Assembly (NCBI GenBank): GCA_946965045.2
Contig: OX337228.1
Coordinates: 1,674,001 to 1,738,000 of the forward strand
DNA length: 64,000 nucleotides
From: Epithemia pelagica
Lineage: Eukaryota; Protista; Bacillariophyta
Direction of reading: 5' to 3'
Position 1 is the stretch's first letter. Each line of letters opens with the position of its first letter. Below are positions 1-10,610 of this stretch, piece after piece. The translations under genes were made by a program, and so were the position numbers. Below the pieces are notes generated by a model. The model was not told the DNA's origin, made no database searches, and saw only the letters and a list, made by a program, of their open reading frames with translations.

Positions 1-276
1 TTCTGATGCAGTCTACACTCGACGCCAAAAAATACGCCATGGTCCACGACACATACGTACGAAAAACAATGACCCAAAAGCGACAACTTTTCGTTCGGTC
101 GCGATATTTTCATGGTCTGGCCTTCAGCTCCCACCTCCACCTCCCACCACGCAACTTTTTTTTCTTTCGCCCATCGCATTCGACCATGGGATCGAAATGA
201 GCCCTTGTCCTCCACGGAACGCATCGTTTCAGTCTGATTGCACATGCTGACAAATTGAAAAGAATCGGGTGAAAGG

Positions 277-858
277 ATGAGCGAGAAGAAAGGTACAAAG
301 ATTCCGGAAAAGGGCAGCAAATCATCCAAACCGTCTGGTCGACCAGAAGTTCCTGTTGTTGTGGCACAAAGCGGATTTCCCATTTCCTCGTCACGCCGAC
401 GTCGTCGGGATGACGTCCAGAATCACCGAATATCAGAAGAAAGACAACAGCAACAACAAGCTCCCAAACGCAAGGCATGGGTATTGGATCTGCATCAAGC
501 CAAGCGTGATGTGCGCAATTTTGGTGCAACAGGGTTGGAAGGAGACCAAAAACGCTCCTTTGAAGAAGAACAATACAAAATGTTAACAGGGCGGGCGAAA
601 AAGAAGCCCTTTTGTCCTCCCAACATTGCTCGGAACAGTCGGAAAAAGGCGGAACAACGACAGCAAAAAGAACTGCAACAAGCCAAAGAAGCGGGGTTGG
701 TGTTGCCATCGGTTCAACACATTTCAACCCATCAAGAACGAAACAAGAAACGAAGGCAACAAGACTATCATCGGGATCGAATGTCGTATGGACCTGCTCC
801 ATCAACTGGGGGTGTATTTAAGAATGGTGTTTTGAAGCTTACGAAAAAGCCATTCTGA
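277..858 (+). CDS. Basic nucleolar-type protein, C1orf131/DUF4602-like (putative SSU processome factor)
   Basis: 193-aa K/R-rich ORF. LDLHQAKRDVRNFGATGL and the C-terminal GVFKNGVLKL resemble the DUF4602 family. Confidence 0.55.
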   Translation: MSEKKGTKIPEKGSKSSKPSGRPEVPVVVAQSGFPISSSRRRRRDDVQNHRISEERQQQQQAPKRKAWVLDLHQAKRDVRNFGATGLEGDQKRSFEEEQYKMLTGRAKKKPFCPPNIARNSRKKAEQRQQKELQQAKEAGLVLPSVQHISTHQERNKKRRQQDYHRDRMSYGPAPSTGGVFKNGVLKLTKKPF

Positions 859-978
859 GATTCCATTCGATGTGCTCTTTTCTATGCTTTACCCTTGAAA
901 GCTAGATTAAGAGATCAATGACTAGGAAGTTTGTGCCGCAAACTTTCTTTGACTTCAAAGTTTTACTTCTATTAGCGC

Positions 979-2700
979 TTATGAACTATCATTGCTCCCT
1001 CCCCTCACCGAGTCACCAGAAGCTTTGGTTCGTAATGGCGGTTGATCTTGTTGTGATGGATCACTCGTAGAGTCTTGATCGGCGTCTTCTTGTGATTGCT
1101 GCTGTTGTTGCCGCAAGCCTTGTCTTGTGTATTCATTGGGATTGGGCAAGATGCGAGCTCGGACAATGCCAATTTTCTGGGCAAACCAAATGCCATTGCG
1201 GGTTGGTGCAGCTTCCAATCGTTGAATGGTATCCAAGCCATCCACAATCCGTCCAAAACAGGGATCACCGATATGAATGTCGGTATTATCTTCGGTATTG
1301 ATATAAAAGCTAGGACTGCCGTCGGCAGCAAATCCCATTGTATACTTTTGATGTGGATAGGCGTCATTGTATTCTTTAAAGGCCACGCCTTCCAATCCAT
1401 GATCGGCAAAGGCCTTGGCCTTGGCAGCCGCCAGAGAGCCATCGTAGGGTAACGGAGCGGCCTTGAGAACGTGGAGAGCGTTTAGAATAAAGGAGCAACC
1501 ATCAATTAATCCGACCGATACCATTTCCAAAAAGGTAAAGACCGCATGGGGCATGTCCGATGTGGGTGCCATTTCAATGACAAACTTGGTGGGACCGGGA
1601 TCTTGCGTTGTCTTCAAGTTCTTGTTGTTGTTGCCCGCATTCTTGTTCGTACTGGCGGTAGGAAAGATCAATTCCATCTCCACATAGTGCCGTCCGGGAC
1701 CGTATTTGGCTTCCAACGACTCTCGACTAATGCTTTGAACACGGTTCTTGAGGGACTCTCCACTGTTGCTCAAATCTTGAATGCGATCCCGAACCATGGT
1801 CAATTCCGACAATGCTTGTTGCTGCTGTTGCCTTTGGTAGTTGGAAACTTGTTGTGATGAATGATTTTCTTGTTGATGTTGCGGATGCAACAAACCATTC
1901 ATGGCATTAATTTCACGTTTGAGCAATTGCAAATCGTGTTCCGTATCGTACAGTTGTTGCGACAATTGATCTCGCGAGGCTCGTAGTTCGGTTGCCTTTT
2001 CAACGGCGTAGCCCACCGAGGTGTGAGACAGATAGGTCGCAACCAAGCCAACCAGTAACAATCCCAGCAAAAAGGGGGAGCAAAACGAGGATGATGAGCC
2101 CATGAGCGAACTGGAGGAACTCCGGCATTTAAGATCAAAGGGAGAATGCAAATGTTCCATTTGTTGCTGTTGTTTTCTTCGTTGCTCTTGATGTCGATGA
2201 TTGCTATTGCTGTAACTGCTGTTGTTGCTATTGCTTGGAGAAAAGGGCACACGCAAACCTCCATTGTTGTGTGGAATTTGAATCACATCTCCCACATAGG
2301 GCAAGGGACTCCCGCCATGATGAGGATCATCCACGGCAATGAGACTCGTGGAAGAGGACGAAGAGCTACTCGAATTGCGCGTTGGACTATCACTCCACAA
2401 GGTACGTCCCACAGCAGCAGGAGTTCCTGCAGGGGGAGGAGAATTGTTGTCGCGATGGTCGTGGTTGTTATTGCTGTGATACATGAGATGCATCTCGTCA
2501 TTCTCATCGTCATAGACATCATCTTGATGATGCTGATGATAATGGTGATGGGTATCATCGCGTGGAATCTCCATAGAGGTGGACGTTGCATGAAGCGGTG
2601 ATCGTCTCGGAATCTCCACAGCCATGGTACTGTTGTGATGATAATGATGACTTTGGGGTGAGGATTCCGAGGTTGGACTTTGTCGCTTCCGAGCAATCAT
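979..2700 (-). CDS. Membrane-anchored coiled-coil protein with C-terminal cyclophilin-like domain
   Basis: 573-aa ORF: low-complexity N-terminus, one TM segment (FLLGLLLVGLVATYL), a coiled coil, then MPHAVFTFL...PHQKYTMGFA...SPSFYINT...DPCFGRIVDG, a cyclophilin-like fold signature. Confidence 0.7.
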   Translation of the reverse strand: MIARKRQSPTSESSPQSHHYHHNSTMAVEIPRRSPLHATSTSMEIPRDDTHHHYHQHHQDDVYDDENDEMHLMYHSNNNHDHRDNNSPPPAGTPAAVGRTLWSDSPTRNSSSSSSSSTSLIAVDDPHHGGSPLPYVGDVIQIPHNNGGLRVPFSPSNSNNSSYSNSNHRHQEQRRKQQQQMEHLHSPFDLKCRSSSSSLMGSSSSFCSPFLLGLLLVGLVATYLSHTSVGYAVEKATELRASRDQLSQQLYDTEHDLQLLKREINAMNGLLHPQHQQENHSSQQVSNYQRQQQQQALSELTMVRDRIQDLSNSGESLKNRVQSISRESLEAKYGPGRHYVEMELIFPTASTNKNAGNNNKNLKTTQDPGPTKFVIEMAPTSDMPHAVFTFLEMVSVGLIDGCSFILNALHVLKAAPLPYDGSLAAAKAKAFADHGLEGVAFKEYNDAYPHQKYTMGFAADGSPSFYINTEDNTDIHIGDPCFGRIVDGLDTIQRLEAAPTRNGIWFAQKIGIVRARILPNPNEYTRQGLRQQQQQSQEDADQDSTSDPSQQDQPPLRTKASGDSVRGGSNDSS

Positions 2701-3567
2701 GGATCAACCAACAAATTAAGTTACACCACAAGGTTGATGAATACCTGAGGCTAGTCACCGTGTGATGTCAACCTTTTGAGAGAGAGATGAATGCAATGAA
2801 TACAAGAATCTCTTCTTCTCGACGAGGAGATCGCTTTGGCTGGGACCCGTTGCGACAAAAGCGAGAGAGATGGTAGGCAATGTAGAGAGTGATGGTCGGG
2901 TCTTTTTGGAACAAATGAGAAGAATCTTGTTGGGACACTCTTTAGTTCACCAAATAAAATTGCCCATTGCCTACATTACAATAAGATTACAATGACCCAA
3001 TACAATACTGAAACTTCTTCCTTCAATGCTGAATCATCCGTAAGAATGCCCAATGAGTTCTGAACTATGAGGTTTTCTATCGGCTCGTACTTGTATCTCT
3101 CGGAGTTGGGGCATTGGCGAGTGATTCCGATACTGGATCTTGGTCGGGTCATTGATCATAACAAAGACCGAGTGAAAGTCAACAAAAGGGATTGGTTACG
3201 GAACTTTGAGCAATTATGGACATATCAGAGCCGAAATAAATTTTCCTATTGCCTTCCCCCAAAACCTACAGTGACTCGAACGCGACCAGTTTGCAATGAC
3301 TACCAGAGAAACAAGAGGGCATGCTCACAAACTCGCGTGCATCTCAAGATTTTAGATCGCAGCGACCTTGTTGTACTGCTTACGCGCCCTTTTACCAATG
3401 CACAATCCTCTAGTAGCTAGAAAAGTAGGGTCTTTCGTTGTAGAGTCATTGAAACGGGCATTCTTTGAATTCGTCATTCGTCACCAGTCATTGTCGAACT
3501 GGCTGGAGATTCCAATGATAGCAGCGTCTGACAAATCTATATCCTAAGGATCACAAGGGAATGTTGT

Positions 3568-3765
3568 CTGTTTCCATATCCTAACAAAGGGTTCACATCT
3601 GGAAAGGTTTATGGAACCGTTATCATCCTGTGACTACGTTTCGTGGTAGTCGGGAATGGAATTGGTCGTAGGCGAACATTAGATTAAATCATGGTCACAA
3701 AAAGCAAAGAGAAAACAAGTGTATTCGGTTGCAAGCTAATTTCCATGGAGTGGAGAACTGTCGGT
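3568..3765. repeat. Direct repeat copy 1 (~200 bp)
   Basis: Shares blocks gggttcacatctg, atggaaccgttatcatcctgtgactacg, cgaacattagattaaatc, aagcaaagaga, attcggttg and tggagtggag..tgtcggt with 5758-5936, in the same order. Confidence 0.9.
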
Positions 3766-4065
3766 CAATAACCTTAGTCTTTTCTAGAACTTGCTTTTGC
3801 TACGAGGCGAACAAGTGATGACGAGCCATGAGGACTGTAGTCGTGCGATGATTGGACGAGTCGATGTATCCTTACAACACAACACATGCTCACTTTTTGA
3901 GCTTCTACAAACTACCTGTATGGTGTATGGCATCGTGTTTCCACTTTCTTGTGTTCCAGGAACACCAGTCCGCAAGAGAAGTTTCGTCATTTGAGACTGC
4001 GTTCCTACTCGTTCTGTGTCATTCATGACTGCAAGATCACTTCTGCATTTCCATTGCCTCCTCTT

Positions 4066-5493
4066 TCAGGGCAAGTAACCAAACACGGCAAAATCGTCTG
4101 CATACACTTGTTGAATCAACAGTTTAGTCGGTGTGGCCAACATGGACACGGAAAGACGAGGTCGATCAGGTTTTGTTTTGGACGTCTTTTGCTGAATTGG
4201 TGGTTTGGTCAAGGAAATCGTCGTCAAGTTATAGGCTTTCATGAGACGTGGCAAATCATCCGACAATTGTTCCAGAAACAGGACGTGATGGACCAATCGT
4301 TGACCGGGGTCCTTGGTCGTGAGATGAATGCGAGCCGTTTGTTTTGTGAGTGTGGTTGTGGTTGTGACGCAAGGAGTCCCCGTTAGTTGCGACAGTTTGC
4401 TATCCTTGTCCATGGCTGGTTGTGTGAGGTTGGTGGTCCGCCGCGTGTCATTTTGTAACGTCAGGGACAATGGAAAGATAAAGTGACTTTGCGGAATGAA
4501 ATGGCCATAATCTGTCATGTACGTTTTCGGAACTCGAGACCTAGACGTGCGTCCGAGTGGTACAATCTGTGTGGAATGGTTGGTGCTTTCTTCTTGTGTG
4601 ATTGGAAGGCTGGTTGCGCAGCTCTTTCCTCCTCCTCCTCCGCTCCAATTAGCAGAGGTGGTGGTGGTGGTCCTTTGCATGTCTGTGTGGAGAGTCTGCA
4701 GGAATCCTTCCTTTTTATACGGGGTCAATCGCTGTTGCAGCCACCCATTCAACGCCATTCGGAGATGTGACTCGGACGCATTCGCCAGTTTCCCTCCACC
4801 TCTCAAGTCTTGTCGGTGGACGTAGTTGAATTCACTAACCATGCGGTCGTACGGATGACGTACGACGGCGAACAGGGCAGATTGGTCGTAAAATGATCCC
4901 GGAAAGGAAAACTGGATCGTCGTGTTGTTGTTGTTGTTGTTTGAAAGTTGCTTGTCCGTTGTGTTCCGAAAGAAACTGGGAGGGACGTGCCAAGGCGCAA
5001 CACCACCCATTTGCCTCCAGTAGTACTCGTGTTGCTGCTTCTTCGAGATCTCAGAGGAAAATGAAGAATCGTTGGGACAATAGACATTCTCGGGCAAGGG
5101 ATAGGGCAAAAATCGATTCCGAAATCGCTCCCGAAAATGACAAACAGACCAGGGAACACCGGCTTTCGCGGCGGCAATTTCCAAGGCCGATCCGGCTGTT
5201 TTCGGAATGTGGACCAATTCCAATCGTTGGTGCATGTGGCGAATACTCGTCCGGTCTTGATGATTATTGTCAGGCAAACTCAACCACTGTTCACGAATCT
5301 CTTGTACCGTGGAAATGTTGGTGGACACGTTCTTGTTGTTGTCCTTTTCGTTTTCAATACCGAGTGTTGGGACAGAAGGAGGTTTTTGGCGAACATTCGA
5401 GAAGTTCCGCCAGACCCATGCTGTGCTGTATAGAACCGTACCGACCAGAGCGATTCGAATGGGTTTGGAGCGCAATAGTATCGCTGTGTTCAC
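4066..5493 (-). CDS. Sulfotransferase family 2 protein (type II membrane, Golgi-type)
   Basis: N-terminal anchor IALVGTVLYSTAWVW; PAPS-binding 5'-PSB motif HIPKTAGS and 3'-PB motif VVRHPYDRMVSEFNY. Confidence 0.85.
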   Translation of the reverse strand: MNTAILLRSKPIRIALVGTVLYSTAWVWRNFSNVRQKPPSVPTLGIENEKDNNKNVSTNISTVQEIREQWLSLPDNNHQDRTSIRHMHQRLELVHIPKTAGSALEIAAAKAGVPWSVCHFRERFRNRFLPYPLPENVYCPNDSSFSSEISKKQQHEYYWRQMGGVAPWHVPPSFFRNTTDKQLSNNNNNNTTIQFSFPGSFYDQSALFAVVRHPYDRMVSEFNYVHRQDLRGGGKLANASESHLRMALNGWLQQRLTPYKKEGFLQTLHTDMQRTTTTTSANWSGGGGGKSCATSLPITQEESTNHSTQIVPLGRTSRSRVPKTYMTDYGHFIPQSHFIFPLSLTLQNDTRRTTNLTQPAMDKDSKLSQLTGTPCVTTTTTLTKQTARIHLTTKDPGQRLVHHVLFLEQLSDDLPRLMKAYNLTTISLTKPPIQQKTSKTKPDRPRLSVSMLATPTKLLIQQVYADDFAVFGYLP

Positions 5494-5757
5494 TGTTCAC
5501 GCGATTCTGATGGAACACGAACAACTGTGGAGGAAGGAGAGGACGATTTTTGCGGAGACACAGTCATCAGGGAGCGACACCAAAGAAAAGAGAGGGGATG
5601 TTGTTGGAGTCATTGACACCTCAAGATCGCGATTCCCGGGCAAAAAGTGCGTCTCACCCGGTGAGCGCGCACGTCACAGGAGTTGCGAGCGCGATGCTGA
5701 GTAGAATCCTCTCTAGACTATCTCTAATAGGAGTACGGATAGATCCTTAATATCACT

Positions 5758-5936
5758 CTGTTTCTATCCACAAACAAAAGGGTTCACATCTGAAAAGTTT
5801 TATATGGAACCGTTATCATCCTGTGACTACGCTTCGCAGCAGTAGGGAATCGAACATTAGATTAAATCCTGGTCAAGAAGCAAAGAGACAACAATTCGGT
5901 TGTCTGCTCGTTTCCTTGGAGTGGAGTAGTGTCGGT
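5758..5936. repeat. Direct repeat copy 2 (~180 bp)
   Basis: Diverged copy of 3568-3765 with several indels. Confidence 0.9.
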
Positions 5937-6073
5937 ATTTGTTTTCGATCGAGCTGTCAATGATTCTGTGGCCCGGTTAACAGTCAGTGTTGGGGAATGA
6001 GGTTGGTTCGTAGATTTGGTAGATGACATAGTGTTGTTAGTGTTGTTGTTGTTGTTTCCGAGGTCGTTGTTTG

Positions 6074-8779
6074 TTAGAGTCTTGTGGTATCCCGTCCAAA
6101 CATGCTACTCTTGATCCAATCAAAGGTAACCAGTACCCGATTGCGTGTGGCAACTTGTTTGACGAGGTATACGGATCGCCACAGGACAAAGGCCACACTG
6201 CCGGCCCAGGCCAAAATGGGGAATTGTCCCACTTGAACTTGAGACAAGGCTTCTCCCCCACCCAAATAGGCCAACATGCCCAAATTCAAAAAGCCAAAGG
6301 AGGGAGCGTGTTCCAACCCACGAAAACGCAACCACAAATTCAAGGCAGGATCGTCAAAGACGTCATAGGCCTCATCATCCATTTCCTGGCCGGCATCATC
6401 ATGATGATGATCGCCCCATTGCTGAGCAATCACGGCCGCAGCTTCCTCGTCGGCATGGGAGGTTTCGAAATTATGCAATTGAGGTGGTGTCGTGGTCAAA
6501 TCGTAATTCCGATCCAAGAGTCGAGCCACAAAGGCACCTTGTTGACCCGCCACTTGTGCCGTGGCGGGGAGCAACCGTCCTCCCGACGAGCTTTCGGCCG
6601 GATCGTCTTGAACAGCGGCAGCATCTCCCACCACCAAGACGGATCCCAACAAGTCGTCCGACACCATGGGAGGACGCATCCATCCATCGACCGACACACG
6701 TCCATCGCGATTGCGGGCTTGTTCGGGCAATTGTTGCAACAATTGTTCTACAAAGGGAACCGGTGCGGTACCGGCACACCACACGGCCAAGCCCATGGGA
6801 ACAATCGATTCCGTACGTTCGCCCGTGGCTTGTCCAGTGATGTCATCCAAGACTTTGGTACTGAGCGTTGCCTCTGTTTCACCGACATTGGTGACGCGTG
6901 TATTCAAAATGACTTGGACACCCTTTTTTTCCAAGGCCAACAAGGCTTCCTTGCGGAGAGCGGGTTCAAACTGTGGTACCAGGTCGGGTCCACCATGGAC
7001 CAAAATCACTTGATAGGCATCCAGGAGTCGAGGATAGGTCCCCTTGTGCGGTCGGGTCACATCGACAAACAAATCATGCAATTCTCCCGCCAATTCCACC
7101 CCCGTGGGTCCCCCACCGACAATGAGCATGGTGATGCGGCGTTGTCGTTCTTGGTCGGTCAAATTGGGACGACTGGCATATTCCAAAGCCTGGCCGACCG
7201 CCGTTCGTAAGCGTTTGGCATCCTCGGTCGTTTTGAGACGCAAACAGGCATTGGCTCCTGGTACACCACGGTCATCGACCTTGGATCCCACGGCCACCAC
7301 CAAATGATCGTACGGTATGGTCAAAATCGGCGGAGTCGTCGAGGATTCGCTCTCGTCGTCGTCGTCGTCATTGCGACTCGAAAGTTGTTCGGATTTGGCC
7401 ACTTCTCGGAGTGGATTCATTTGCACCGTGACGGTCTGGTCGGGGACATTGACACTGGTGGCGGCTCCTTCCAAATAATCGCAAATCATGGGATTGGCGG
7501 CCCGCACCGCTTCCGTCATGCTGCGATATTCGACCGTGCCGACGGCGGCCGAAGCCAACATGGGGGTAAAGACAAAGTGATTGGAGGGACTGACAATAAT
7601 GAGACGCAACTTGTTGCAATCGGCCACCTTCATCAAGGCATGGGCGGCCCAACCGGATCCCAGTACGACAACGGTTTTGCGAGAGGCTTCTTGCGCCTCG
7701 GTCAAATCGACCCAGCCCTTTTCGTAGGGAATGCGACGGACATGCACCAAGATATCTTCCACCGTATCCCATGTCCGGTCAATCAAGAGAGACAAGGGCA
7801 ATTTACCAAAAAAGGAGGGACGTTCCTTGCGAAAATATTTCCATACCGATGCTTCCGACATGACCATACGGAGATCCGGATCTTGGTCGAGCCGCCGACC
7901 ATCTCCTCCGACAAAGACGTACTTGTCGTTGCTGATACTTTCTTCTTCCGATTCCTCACTGTTGATTTCAAGCGATTCCGACACCAAGTCTGGCATTGTG
8001 GCGGAGGAATCGTCCATATGAGGTAGTGGGGATGACGATGTTGTCGTCGTCGTTGTCGTTGGTGTTGTCATGGGTGGAACTGGGGTGGAACTGTCTTGTC
8101 CCCGAAAGGCGGTGCTGCTTCTGGTTGCTGGAGGAGGAGGAGGCGTGGCAAATCGGAAAGGACCTTGTTGCGGTGGCAAATTGGACATGGCATCTTCGGG
8201 CAAGGGCAAGGGTTCATCTGGATTGAGATCGTCTCGATTCCGTGCCGTCCATTCCCGAGCCAATTGATCCATGAGAATAGATTCGGCACTTGTCGTCGAC
8301 GTAGTAGTATCGTTGTCGTTTTCTTGAGGTGGTGGTGGACTCGTACTACTGCTACTTTTACTAGTAGTGGTTGACGAGTAGGACGAATCATCCTTGTTCA
8401 TGGCCGACCATTCCCGGGCCAATTGTTCCATGACGGACAAGTCATGTTGATAGGGTTTGTCCGTCTTGTCCTGTTGTTGTTGTTGTTCTTGATCGTCTCG
8501 TGTGGTGGACTGCAAACGAACACATGGGTGTGGTCCTCTTGGGATGGTTCTTGTTCTTGTGGTAGGCGGTGGTACCAAGAGCGACCAGGACGACAAGGAC
8601 CAGGAAAAGGGAGGCATCGTTCGGGTCCGTTTGGAGGTGGTGGTGGTTTGTTGGACACTGACAAGGGCATGGACGCCACCACGAGTGGTAGTAGTGTCCA
8701 GTAGAACGAGGAGCTGCCATGTCCAAGCGATCCACATCATCTTCAGCAGACAACGACGAGCACTGGAGAATGATCTCAT
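6074..8779 (-). CDS. Type II (alternative) NAD(P)H dehydrogenase, NDH-2, with long N-terminal extension
   Basis: FAD motif VVVLGSGWAA, FVFTPMLAS, YDHLVVAVGS, second Rossmann IVGGGPTGVELAGEL, VVGDAA, PATAQVAGQQG, and the terminal RNRVLVTFDWIKSSMFGRD. First plausible ATG at 8779 (MRSFSS...), followed by a signal-peptide-like stretch. Confidence 0.92.
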   Translation of the reverse strand: MRSFSSARRCLLKMMWIAWTWQLLVLLDTTTTRGGVHALVSVQQTTTTSKRTRTMPPFSWSLSSWSLLVPPPTTRTRTIPRGPHPCVRLQSTTRDDQEQQQQQDKTDKPYQHDLSVMEQLAREWSAMNKDDSSYSSTTTSKSSSSTSPPPPQENDNDTTTSTTSAESILMDQLAREWTARNRDDLNPDEPLPLPEDAMSNLPPQQGPFRFATPPPPPATRSSTAFRGQDSSTPVPPMTTPTTTTTTTSSSPLPHMDDSSATMPDLVSESLEINSEESEEESISNDKYVFVGGDGRRLDQDPDLRMVMSEASVWKYFRKERPSFFGKLPLSLLIDRTWDTVEDILVHVRRIPYEKGWVDLTEAQEASRKTVVVLGSGWAAHALMKVADCNKLRLIIVSPSNHFVFTPMLASAAVGTVEYRSMTEAVRAANPMICDYLEGAATSVNVPDQTVTVQMNPLREVAKSEQLSSRNDDDDDESESSTTPPILTIPYDHLVVAVGSKVDDRGVPGANACLRLKTTEDAKRLRTAVGQALEYASRPNLTDQERQRRITMLIVGGGPTGVELAGELHDLFVDVTRPHKGTYPRLLDAYQVILVHGGPDLVPQFEPALRKEALLALEKKGVQVILNTRVTNVGETEATLSTKVLDDITGQATGERTESIVPMGLAVWCAGTAPVPFVEQLLQQLPEQARNRDGRVSVDGWMRPPMVSDDLLGSVLVVGDAAAVQDDPAESSSGGRLLPATAQVAGQQGAFVARLLDRNYDLTTTPPQLHNFETSHADEEAAAVIAQQWGDHHHDDAGQEMDDEAYDVFDDPALNLWLRFRGLEHAPSFGFLNLGMLAYLGGGEALSQVQVGQFPILAWAGSVAFVLWRSVYLVKQVATRNRVLVTFDWIKSSMFGRDTTRL

Positions 8780-9344
8780 TCTGTTTTGTTTTGTGTTTCT
8801 TGTCTGGTTTTTGAGGATGGGGCCAAGATCCCTGCAGTGGCCACGGCGCCAAAAAAGGATTCTGTGTGATACAATAGGACAGAGCGGCGAGACTTTCCTT
8901 GCCGCCAAGAACACTGGAGTCCACAATAAGATCGTATCTCTTGTAGACTTGTAGAGAGGGCGAACAAACAATATAGAGAAGAGGATCGCAATCAAAAGCT
9001 TTCTTGTGGTTTGGAACGAGTGTGAGTATCCTTCTTATTTGAGAACTGTTTCGTGTCGAGACTACTAGAGATGCGAAGACGAGAAGAGGTGTGAATGTGT
9101 GTCACGGTTGATGTCGAGTACGATGGAGTTGATGTCGCTGTTTGGAGTTAATTTCGTGGTGCGTGTGTGTGTGTCTTTCGGATTCTTTGGTTCTGTGTCT
9201 CTTTTATAAGCGCGACCTGATAGGATCTAAACGCGATCGAAAAGTACGCAGGCACATCACATTTTTCCTTTCATCCATCTTCCATCCATTCATTCGATTC
9301 GACGTGTCAACCCAAACCAATCGAACCAACGCAGTACGACCACC

Positions 9345-10610
9345 ATGACAACCAAGCAACAACAACAACAACAATGGACGACGAGAACAGGGTCCTGGTG
9401 GTCAACTACCAAGACGACACTTTTGGTTTTGCTCGTTGGTTTCGTTGTCCAAAATCTACCACACGCGTGTGCCCTTTCGTCGTCTCCGGCCGCCGAACAA
9501 GCCCGACTGATCTTGTCCCAAGCCTTGTCGAGTCCCAGTGCCAAAAAGTTGACCTATAGTCCCGAATTGGTCATTCCCGAACCCTTGGATTGGACCTCGA
9601 TTGCCTTGCAAACCAATGCCATTCAAGCCTTGTCCACCCAATTGCGACAAGCCAAGGCCAATGTCTTGTTTGTCCAACCAGCCGCCGTCACGGCCCTTCA
9701 AACCATGGCCACGGAACAAGCCTCGGTGCTCGGCAATTTTCCCGGTCCCGTGCCCCTTGTCTATTGCTTGGCCGAACCGGCCGCCTATGAGGATTCCACC
9801 CAGGAGGCCCTGCAGAGCCAATTGACGGAGATTGCCACGGCCGGTGCCACGGGCATTCTCGTACCCATTACCGATTGGTCGACCCCAGGTGGTGCCTGGC
9901 AGACGCTGTGTCAAACCGCCTTGGACTGTGGCTTGCAACCCATTCCAGAATTACTAGTGTCCCAAGACACTTCTACGACTACCGGAGTTGCCTCGTGGAT
10001 GGATCAAGTGTGTTCCACCTTGGGGTTTGATCCAGTCGCCGTCGTCTTGACCAGGCAGACAAAAGACGACGACGACGGTGATGAGAGTGACGCCATGGAG
10101 GAGGACGAAATGGTATCGACTCTGAGTGTGTCCACCTTGCCCTACGAAACCTCCAACGACGATAACAACAACGACCAGGAAGAGGCTTCCAGTCGCAAAG
10201 CTCCCATCAAGACACGGATACCCATTTTGGGATCAATTCAAATTCCGGTAGGCGAAGGTCGTTTGCAAGCCGAATCCAATCGACTGCAACAAACTGCCGG
10301 ATACTTTTGTGGAGCCCTGTTGCGGAATTCCTGTTTGCCCCGCGGATTGCAATTGGACGACAACAATAGCAAGAATTCCTTGCAAATTTTGGAATTGCTC
10401 GGTCCCTTTTGGGCCTCTTGTTTGAATGATTTGAAAAGTACCAAGAGCAAATCCTTTTCCTTTCGGGCCAAGAATCACATGGAAAAATCCGTCGCCACGG
10501 AATGGGGAAATTATCAAAAAAGTGTCATGGAATCTGGTGCCTTGGGAGATCCCAATGAAAGTTATTCCGTCGTGGATGAAGCTGCGGGCGAATACAAGGG
10601 CTTTGCCTAA
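9345..10610 (+). CDS. Putative plastid-targeted protein of unknown function (possible degenerate TIM-barrel/IGPS-like)
   Basis: 421-aa ORF with signal peptide (TTLLVLLVGFVVQNLPHACA-L) and an alpha/beta-patterned core (STQLRQAKANVLFV, GNFPGPVPLVY). The fold call is tentative. Confidence 0.65.
   Translation: MTTKQQQQQQWTTRTGSWWSTTKTTLLVLLVGFVVQNLPHACALSSSPAAEQARLILSQALSSPSAKKLTYSPELVIPEPLDWTSIALQTNAIQALSTQLRQAKANVLFVQPAAVTALQTMATEQASVLGNFPGPVPLVYCLAEPAAYEDSTQEALQSQLTEIATAGATGILVPITDWSTPGGAWQTLCQTALDCGLQPIPELLVSQDTSTTTGVASWMDQVCSTLGFDPVAVVLTRQTKDDDDGDESDAMEEDEMVSTLSVSTLPYETSNDDNNNDQEEASSRKAPIKTRIPILGSIQIPVGEGRLQAESNRLQQTAGYFCGALLRNSCLPRGLQLDDNNSKNSLQILELLGPFWASCLNDLKSTKSKSFSFRAKNHMEKSVATEWGNYQKSVMESGALGDPNESYSVVDEAAGEYKGFA

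Noticed and set aside
3067-3420. 117-aa ORF in the gap between the cyclophilin-like gene and the repeat
   Set aside because: No recognisable family or splice partners. It could be a decayed fragment but cannot be supported.
3568-5936. LTR/TRIM interpretation of the direct repeats (copy 1 runs TG...CA)
   Set aside because: Copy 2 lacks the terminal CA, and I found no target-site duplication, primer-binding site or polypurine tract.
6071-8026. Long plus-strand ORFs (379 aa at 6071-7210 and 240 aa at 7304-8026)
   Set aside because: Antisense shadows of the NDH-2 CDS with no recognisable motifs. Such shadows are expected from this codon usage.
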